Shown piece after piece: positions 18,002 to 24,000 of a stretch of DNA of 24,000 nt. The position numbers and the translations under genes were made by a program. The DNA is from Rouxiella sp. Mn2063 (lineage in GTDB: Bacteria; Pseudomonadota; Gammaproteobacteria; Enterobacterales; Enterobacteriaceae). Position 1 is the first letter of the stretch. The number at the start of each line of letters is the position of its first letter. Where the stretch lies: NCBI RefSeq assembly GCF_049319665.1, contig NZ_JBMOUD010000021.1, positions 22,176-46,175 of the forward strand. Direction: 5' to 3'. The notes under the pieces are model-generated. The model saw only the letters and a program-made list of their open reading frames with translations, ran no database searches and was not told the origin of the DNA.

Positions 18002-18080
18002 AACAGTTTTCCCTGGTTTTCCAAAACCAGCTCCCCTGATAAAGGCTTATCACTTTTGGTGATAGATTTTATCGCTAAAA

Positions 18081-18150
18081 CCACTTAGTCATTTTGGTTA
18101 TTTAATATTTCCATCACTTATTTAATTGTTATCATTTGGCTGGTTAACCT
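18081..18150 (+). promoter_or_regulatory. AT-rich cysJ upstream region, candidate CysB-dependent promoter
   Basis: It lies 65-135 nt upstream of the cysJ ATG. The motif CCAYTTAGTCATTT plus TTTGGTTATT recurs in the iap/next-gene intergenic region (23923-23973). cysJIH is CysB-activated in E. coli and Salmonella. Exact boxes were not resolved. Confidence 0.35.
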
Positions 18151-18215
18151 TACAAACTCTCCGCCTCTTTTTCCGGGCTGACACTGGCTTAAGCAACAAG
18201 GGAATTCGTACCGCG

Positions 18216-20024
18216 ATGACGATTCAGGCACCACCTACATCTCTACTCCCGCTTACTCCGGAGCAATTAGCCCGGTTGCAGGCGACAATTGGTGAATATT
18301 CACCAACCCAATTAGCTTGGCTTTCCGGTTATTTTTGGGGAATGGTTAATCAACAGCCTGGCGCAGTCGCCGTTCCCGTAGCGGCTCCGGCCCCGGTTGC
18401 GGCCTCTATTACGCTAATTTCTGCTTCGCAGACCGGAAATGCACGTCGCGTGGCGGAGCTATTACGTGATGATTTAATTGAAGCCAAACTTAACGTCACT
18501 TTGGTGAACGCTGGTGATTACAAATTTAAGCAGATAGCTCAAGAGAAACTGCTGATTGTCGTGGCGTCAACGCAAGGGGAAGGCGAACCGGCAGAAGAAG
18601 CCGTCGCGCTGCATAAATTCCTACAATCGAAGAAAGCGCCACAGTTGAAAGATACCGCCTTTGCGGTGTTTGCGCTGGGCGATACGTCTTATGACTATTT
18701 CTGCCAGTCCGGCAAAGATTTTGATACCCGTTTGGGTGAGCTGGGCGCAGAGCGTTTGCTGGATCGCGTCGATGCCGATGTTGATTACCAAGAGCTGGCG
18801 CAAGAGTGGCGTAATAAACTGGTTGAGACGCTGAAAAAACGCGTGCCTACTGATGCACCAGCGACCATTGCCGCAACGCAGGCGGGCAGTGTTGATCAGC
18901 TTGATAGCTCGCCTTACAGCAAAGAGCAGCCACTGACGGCGTTGTTGTCGGTGAATCAGAAAATTACTGGGCGTAACTCAGACAAAGACGTGCGCCATAT
19001 CGAAATCGATCTGGGTGATTCTGGCTTACGTTACCAGCCAGGCGATGCGCTGGGTATTTGGTATGAAAACGATCCGGCATTAGTCAAAGAATTAGTCGAA
19101 CTGCTGTGGCTGAAAGGCGATGAGCAGGTCGAATTGCAGGGTAAAAAATACTCGTTGAATGAGGCGTTACAGCATCATATCGAGCTGACGCAAAATACCA
19201 CGGTTATTGTTAACCAGTACGCCGCGCTATCGCGTGACGACGAACTTCTGACTCTGGTCGAAGATAAAAGCGCGTTGCAGCACTATGCGCATAATACGCC
19301 GCTGGTAGATATGGTGCGTCAGGCTCCGGTTGAGCTGGAAGCGCAACAACTTGTCGACCTGCTGCGTTCTTTGACGCCGCGCCTTTATTCGATTGCCTCT
19401 TCACAGGCTGAGAATGAAAACGAAGTGCACATTACCGTCGGCGTCGTGCGTTATGACATTGATGGACGCGCGCGTACCGGTGGTGCATCGGGTTATCTGG
19501 CCGATCGCTTAGAAACTGATGGTGAAGTACGAGTGTTCATTGAACACAATGACAACTTCCGCCTGCCGACTAATCCCGATGCGCCGGTGATTATGATTGG
19601 GCCGGGCACCGGTATTGCGCCGTTCCGTGCCTTTATCCAGCAGCGCGATAACGATGGCGCTAGCGGCAAAAACTGGCTGTTCTTTGGCAATCCACACTTT
19701 ACCGATGATTTCCTCTATCAGGTTGAGTGGCAGCGTTATGTCAAAGATGGCTTACTGACCCATATCGATTTAGCCTGGTCACGCGATCAGGCACAGAAAG
19801 TCTACGTACAGGACAAACTGCGAGAGAAGGGCGCTGAAGTATGGCGCTGGCTGCAAGAAGGCGCGCACGTTTATGTCTGTGGTGATGCTAATCGCATGGC
19901 GAAAGACGTTGAACAGGCTTTACTGGATATTATTGCCGAACATGGCGCGATGGATTTAGAAGCCGCCGACGAATTCCTCAGTGAACTGCGTCTCGATCGC
20001 CGCTATCAGCGGGATGTGTATTAA
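18216..20024 (+). CDS. cysJ: Sulfite reductase [NADPH] flavoprotein alpha component
   Basis: The track ORF starts at 18126, but alignment with E. coli CysJ ([18 protein letters not shown]) sets the start at ATG 18216 (602 aa). Motifs: [34 protein letters not shown]-terminal RYQRDVY. Confidence 0.97.
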   Translation: MTIQAPPTSLLPLTPEQLARLQATIGEYSPTQLAWLSGYFWGMVNQQPGAVAVPVAAPAPVAASITLISASQTGNARRVAELLRDDLIEAKLNVTLVNAGDYKFKQIAQEKLLIVVASTQGEGEPAEEAVALHKFLQSKKAPQLKDTAFAVFALGDTSYDYFCQSGKDFDTRLGELGAERLLDRVDADVDYQELAQEWRNKLVETLKKRVPTDAPATIAATQAGSVDQLDSSPYSKEQPLTALLSVNQKITGRNSDKDVRHIEIDLGDSGLRYQPGDALGIWYENDPALVKELVELLWLKGDEQVELQGKKYSLNEALQHHIELTQNTTVIVNQYAALSRDDELLTLVEDKSALQHYAHNTPLVDMVRQAPVELEAQQLVDLLRSLTPRLYSIASSQAENENEVHITVGVVRYDIDGRARTGGASGYLADRLETDGEVRVFIEHNDNFRLPTNPDAPVIMIGPGTGIAPFRAFIQQRDNDGASGKNWLFFGNPHFTDDFLYQVEWQRYVKDGLLTHIDLAWSRDQAQKVYVQDKLREKGAEVWRWLQEGAHVYVCGDANRMAKDVEQALLDIIAEHGAMDLEAADEFLSELRLDRRYQRDVY

Positions 20025-21760
20025 TGACTACGAATAATGAGCTTATGAGCGAAAAACACCCCGGACCTTTAGTGGTCGAAGGCAAGCTATCGGACGCTGA
20101 GCGTTTAAAAAAGCAGAGTAACTATCTGCGCGGCACCATTCGTGAGGATCTTAGCGACGGTCTGACCGGTGGTTTTACCGGCGATAACTTCTTGCTGATC
20201 CGTTTCCACGGTATGTACCAGCAGGATGACCGTGATATTCGTGCTGAACGTGCCGAACAGAAGCTGGAGCCTCGTCATGCAATGATGCTGCGCTGCCGCT
20301 TGCCGGGCGGTGTCATGACGCCAGAGCAGTGGCTGGGTATCGATAAATTCGCGGCTGAAAGTACTCTGTACGGCAGTATTCGTATTACTAACCGTCAGAC
20401 TTTCCAGTTCCACGGTATTCTCAAGCCGAACGTTAAGCCGGTTCACCAATTGCTCAATAAACTGGGGCTGGATGCGCTGGCAACGGCTAATGATGTTAAC
20501 CGTAACGTGCTGTGTACCTCTAACCCGGTAGAATCCGAGCTGCATCAGGAAGCTTACCAATGGGCGAAAAAGATCTCTGAACATCTGCTGCCGCGCACTC
20601 GTGCCTATGCGGAAGTGTGGCTGGATCAAGAGAAAGTCGAAACCACCGATGAAGAGCCTATTCTTGGGGCGACCTATCTGCCGCGTAAGTTTAAAACCAC
20701 GGTAGTGATCCCACCGCAGAACGACGTCGATTTGCACGCCAATGACCTCAACTTTGTGGCCATTGCCGACAATGGCAAACTGGTTGGTTTTAACGTATTG
20801 GTTGGCGGTGGCTTGTCTATTGCTCACGGTGATAAAGCCACCTATGCGCGTACGGCCAGCGAGCTGGGCTATATTCCGTTGGAACATACGCTGGCAGTCG
20901 CTGAAGCAGTTGTCACCACGCAGCGCGATTGGGGTAACCGTACCGATCGTAAAAATGCCAAAACCAAATACACGCTGGAACGCGTGGGCGTTGAGACTTT
21001 TAAAGCCGAAGTTGAAAAGCGTGCCGGTATTGGTTTTGAAAACGTGCGTCCTTATGAATTTACCGGCCGTGGCGATCGCATCGGCTGGGTAAAAGGCATC
21101 GATAAGCAATGGCATCTGACGCTGTTTATCGAAAATGGGCGTATTCTGGATTATCCGGGCCGTCCGTTGAAAACCGGGCTGGCCGAAATTGCCCGCGTTC
21201 ACCAAGGCGATTTCCGCCTTACCGCCAATCAGAACCTGATTGTGGCGGGTGTAAATGAAAACGATAAAGCTGTTATTGAACAACTGGCTCGCGATCACGG
21301 CTTGATTGATGATGGCTTGACCGAGCAACGTAAGAATTCGATGGCCTGTGTTTCTTACCCAACTTGCCCGCTGGCGATGGCTGAAGCCGAGCGCTTCTTG
21401 CCGGAATTCGTCACCAAAGTTGAAGGCATCATGCATCAACATGGCGTAGGTAATGAGCATATTGTCTTGCGTGTTACCGGTTGCCCGAACGGTTGCGGCC
21501 GTGCGTTGCTGGCAGAAATTGGTTTAGTGGGCAAAGCGCTAAATCGCTATAACCTGCATCTGGGCGGCAACCGCGCAGGTACGCGTATTCCACGCATGTA
21601 CCGTGAAAACATTAGCTCTGAAGAGATCCTGACGGTTATCGACGAACTGGTCGGACGCTGGGCCAAAGAGCGGGAAGCGGGCGAAGGCTTCGGCGATTAT
21701 GTGATCCGCGCTGGCATCATTAAGCCGGTGCTTGATCCAGCCCGCGATTTCTACGACTGA
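20024..21760 (+). CDS. cysI: Sulfite reductase [NADPH] hemoprotein beta component
   Basis: Collinear with E. coli CysI from [15 protein letters not shown] (ATG 20045). An upstream in-frame ATG at 20024 overlaps the cysJ stop (TAATG), so the start is ambiguous by 7 codons. Cys-cluster motifs [12 protein letters not shown] and [10 protein letters not shown] are present. Confidence 0.96.
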   Translation: MTTNNELMSEKHPGPLVVEGKLSDAERLKKQSNYLRGTIREDLSDGLTGGFTGDNFLLIRFHGMYQQDDRDIRAERAEQKLEPRHAMMLRCRLPGGVMTPEQWLGIDKFAAESTLYGSIRITNRQTFQFHGILKPNVKPVHQLLNKLGLDALATANDVNRNVLCTSNPVESELHQEAYQWAKKISEHLLPRTRAYAEVWLDQEKVETTDEEPILGATYLPRKFKTTVVIPPQNDVDLHANDLNFVAIADNGKLVGFNVLVGGGLSIAHGDKATYARTASELGYIPLEHTLAVAEAVVTTQRDWGNRTDRKNAKTKYTLERVGVETFKAEVEKRAGIGFENVRPYEFTGRGDRIGWVKGIDKQWHLTLFIENGRILDYPGRPLKTGLAEIARVHQGDFRLTANQNLIVAGVNENDKAVIEQLARDHGLIDDGLTEQRKNSMACVSYPTCPLAMAEAERFLPEFVTKVEGIMHQHGVGNEHIVLRVTGCPNGCGRALLAEIGLVGKALNRYNLHLGGNRAGTRIPRMYRENISSEEILTVIDELVGRWAKEREAGEGFGDYVIRAGIIKPVLDPARDFYD

Positions 21761-21771
21761 CAGGAGGCGAT

Positions 21772-22506
21772 ATGAGTGTTCTCTCTCTAGCAGAATTGAA
21801 TGCGTTACCTAAGTCCGCTCAGGCACTGGCCTTGGCGGAAGTAAACGGACAGCTGGAAAAGCTTTCTGCGCAAGAGCGCGTAAGCTGGGCGCTGGAAAAT
21901 CTGCCGGGCGAGTTCACTTTATCGTCCAGTTTTGGTATTCAGGCGGCGGTTTGCCTGCATTTGGTGACGCGCCAGAAAGCCGATATCCCGGTGATCCTTA
22001 CCGACACCGGTTATCTGTTCCCGGAAACTTACCAGTTTATCGATGCGCTGACCGAACAGCTCAACCTGAACTTGCAGGTTTTCCAAGCGGCCCAATCGCC
22101 AGCCTGGCAGGAAGCGCGCTACGGAAAACTGTGGGAGCAGGGCGTGGAAGGTATCGAGCGCTATAACCAGATCAACAAGGTTGAACCGATGAACAGGGCA
22201 TTGGAAACGCTGGGTGCACAAACCTGGTTCGCGGGTTTACGCCGCGAGCAGTCTGGTAGCCGGGCCAATCTACCCGTTTTGGCCGTGCAGCGCGGCGTGT
22301 TTAAGATCCTGCCGATCATTGACTGGGATAACCGTCAGATCTTCCAATACTTGAAAGAGCACGGTTTAAGCTACCACCCGCTATGGGATCAAGGTTACTT
22401 GTCGGTAGGTGATACGCACACAACGCGTAAATGGGAAGAAGGGATGAGCGAAGAAGAAACGCGCTTCTTCGGCCTTAAACGCGAATGTGGTCTGCACGAA
22501 GGTTAA
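21772..22506 (+). CDS. cysH: Phosphoadenosine phosphosulfate (PAPS) reductase
   Basis: 244 aa collinear with E. coli CysH ([42 protein letters not shown]-terminal KRECGLHEG). Confidence 0.98.
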   Translation: MSVLSLAELNALPKSAQALALAEVNGQLEKLSAQERVSWALENLPGEFTLSSSFGIQAAVCLHLVTRQKADIPVILTDTGYLFPETYQFIDALTEQLNLNLQVFQAAQSPAWQEARYGKLWEQGVEGIERYNQINKVEPMNRALETLGAQTWFAGLRREQSGSRANLPVLAVQRGVFKILPIIDWDNRQIFQYLKEHGLSYHPLWDQGYLSVGDTHTTRKWEEGMSEEETRFFGLKRECGLHEG

Positions 22507-22529
22507 TGAGGAAAGATTGATAAACTCAA

Positions 22530-22560
22530 ACGGGCGCAGATAAAAATGCGCCCGTTTTTT
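22530..22560 (+). terminator. cysJIH operon intrinsic terminator
   Basis: ACGGGCGCA (22530-22538), loop GATAAAAA, TGCGCCCGT (22547-22555), followed by a T-run to 22560. Confidence 0.88.
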
Positions 22561-22680
22561 ATGGAAGTGTTTGGTTTTTGACCTTGCGGGGCAGGTCCGG
22601 TTAATGAGGGACCGAACCTGCGCAACGTTGATAGAGTTTGCCTCATCCCCACGAAGCGATGACTCGCAGTCATCACCCTG

Positions 22681-23724
22681 TTAACTGCGCTGTACGCTGC
22701 TCGGATTGGCTAGCTCTTGCAGCAATGGCAGCAAGATTTTCACACTGTCGCTTGAACGCTTGGCAATGCGCCCGGGCAAGTAACGGTCAAGATACTGCAA
22801 ATTATCCAGTTGCCCCTGTTTACGGCTGGTGCCTTCAGGGAAATGTGTACTGATGGCGCGCTGCTGCTTGCCGTCTTTATTGCCTTGCGTCCAATCACTG
22901 GCAGATACCAGCAGCAGGGGAATATTGGCATCATCGAGCGGCTGTAAGTCTCCATCGCTATTGGCTGTCGCAGGACTGCTTGCGGCTGGAATCTCTAATC
23001 GCTGAGCCAGTGCCAGCGCGCGGTTGCGCGAGAGCTTGGTCACTTCAGCCGAGGTATGTGCACCGCTATTGAAATAGAGTCGTTCACCAACAATCAATGA
23101 GTTGAGATTGACCACTAAAAGCGTATTTTTTCGCTCTTCCGGCGTCATGTTATCGACAAAATCTTTGGCGCCTTGCGACCCGGTTTGCTCGGCACTAAGT
23201 GCAACGAAACGTAGGCTGTAATGCGTCGGCACATTACTCATACGCTGCGCCAGTTCAAGCATGACACCTACGCCAGAGGCGTTGTCGTCAACGCCTTGTA
23301 ATGTTAATCCGCCAAGATTATGGTTGGCGTCATTATCACTGAGCGGCATATAGGTATCAAAATGGGCCATGACCACAATTTGTTGAGGAACTTCGCCTGC
23401 ATGCAGTGCGTTCACTGAGGTAGCATTAATGTTCTGCCAAGACTGTTTGCCATTCTCACTGGTGTAAATGTAGCGCGTCTTAAAGCTGTGCAGACTGCTC
23501 TGATAACCCATTTGGCTGAAATGTTGAGTCAGATAATCAGCAGCGATAAGTTCGGCAGGACTGCCCGCCATGCGACCCGGGAAATAAGTGGCAATGTGGC
23601 GTGTTTGCCAGGCGGCAATTTTGCCTAAATGTGCATCAAGTTTTGGTTCAGCTGCTTGTGCGGCACATAGGCCTAAACATGTCAGGCTGATTAGGGCTGT
23701 CCTTATGTGTCGGAGGGAAAACAT
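22681..23724 (-). CDS. iap: M28-family aminopeptidase (alkaline phosphatase isozyme conversion protein)
   Basis: 347 aa with a signal peptide. Collinear with E. coli Iap as recalled (RHIAT.FPGRM.G.PAE, MAHFDTY.PLSD, GLTLQG.DDNA.G.GVMLELA, NTLLV.NL..LIVG..LYFNSG). It is convergent with cysH, as in E. coli. Confidence 0.9.
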   Translation of the reverse strand: MFSLRHIRTALISLTCLGLCAAQAAEPKLDAHLGKIAAWQTRHIATYFPGRMAGSPAELIAADYLTQHFSQMGYQSSLHSFKTRYIYTSENGKQSWQNINATSVNALHAGEVPQQIVVMAHFDTYMPLSDNDANHNLGGLTLQGVDDNASGVGVMLELAQRMSNVPTHYSLRFVALSAEQTGSQGAKDFVDNMTPEERKNTLLVVNLNSLIVGERLYFNSGAHTSAEVTKLSRNRALALAQRLEIPAASSPATANSDGDLQPLDDANIPLLLVSASDWTQGNKDGKQQRAISTHFPEGTSRKQGQLDNLQYLDRYLPGRIAKRSSDSVKILLPLLQELANPSSVQRS

Positions 23725-23922
23725 ATCTGGCTGTCCTTAATGGCAAGTCGTCACAATTACAAGCATCACAGTATGCGATTGTGAGCCAGATTAGACAATT
23801 TCCGGCGTTCTCAAAAGTGGTGCTTTTTGTGCCATTTGTAGAGAAAACGGCGACTTGCGGGCAATGCCAAGCGCGTTTAGATTTATTATTCCGGTCTATA
23901 TTCCAAAATAGAACTATTCATT

Positions 23923-23973
23923 CCATTTAGTCATTTCATTCGCAACAACCCCACGCCGTATAGTTTGGTTATT
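23923..23973. promoter_or_regulatory. Candidate cys-regulon operator-like motifs in the region upstream of iap (a divergent cysD-type gene is expected beyond the window end)
   Basis: CCATTTAGTCATTT (23923-23936) and TTTGGTTATT (23964-23973) repeat the motifs seen upstream of cysJ (18081-18103). In E. coli, cysDNC lies next to iap. Confidence 0.25.
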
Positions 23974-24000
23974 GATTTGTGACAGTAATGAAAGGTTCTC

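Noticed and set aside
17709-18062. 117-codon plus-strand ORF (TTG start) running from the right arm through the 60-bp repeat units
   Set aside because: It reads straight through three tandem repeat units and two hairpins. It has a non-ATG start, no RBS and a basic low-complexity product. It is most simply explained as a chance open frame in repeat DNA.
18126-18215. 30-codon N-terminal extension of cysJ offered by the ORF track
   Set aside because: It starts at a non-ATG codon and has no counterpart in E. coli CysJ. The conserved N-terminus begins at ATG 18216, with a purine-rich tract (AAGGGA) upstream.
20105-21460. 451-aa minus-strand ORF
   Set aside because: It lies entirely antisense to cysI, whose sense frame matches E. 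coli CysI end to end. It is a shadow ORF of a codon-biased gene with a compositionally odd product. The same reasoning applies to the antisense ORFs inside speA, tktA, cysJ, the autotransporter gene (3743-4975, plus strand) and the yhf genes.
22561-22680. Possible degenerate CRISPR repeat (CGGTTAAT... resembles the start of the E. coli I-E repeat complement CGGTTTATCCCCGC)
   Set aside because: Only about 8 nt match. The palindromic core differs. It is a single copy, with no spacer-repeat periodicity.

Overview
Chromosomal window from an enterobacterium (about 50% G+C by eye; genus not determinable from sequence alone). The conserved core is speA, speB, loiP (yggG), tktA, then cysJ-cysI-cysH and iap. 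I compare it with the E. coli K-12 layout as I recall it: speA-speB-loiP-tktA, and cysJIH-[type I-E CRISPR-Cas]-iap. Four things differ. (1) A 1054-aa AIDA/pertactin-type autotransporter with a ~0.5 kb very AT-rich upstream region sits between speA and speB. A promoter-plus-terminator module lies just before speB. (2) A seven-gene yhfZ-yhfY-yhfX-yhfW-php-yhfU-yhfT cluster sits between speB and loiP. It is an uncharacterised regulator, PRD, PLP-enzyme, mutase-like, phosphotriesterase-homologue and membrane-protein operon, and it has no yhfS. (3) tktA is joined directly to cysJIH through a ~1.07 kb spacer with no convincing gene. The spacer holds a ~760-bp imperfect palindrome made of 60-bp repeat units and two strongly diverged ~285-bp inverted arms. 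Local hairpins in the arms are preserved by compensatory substitutions. This is the most unusual object in the window: a candidate pair of outward-facing structured RNAs, or an ssDNA-hairpin element. (4) The cysH-iap interval is only ~175 bp and carries no CRISPR-Cas. All family assignments rest on my recollection of E. coli protein sequences and on visible motifs; no database search was possible.
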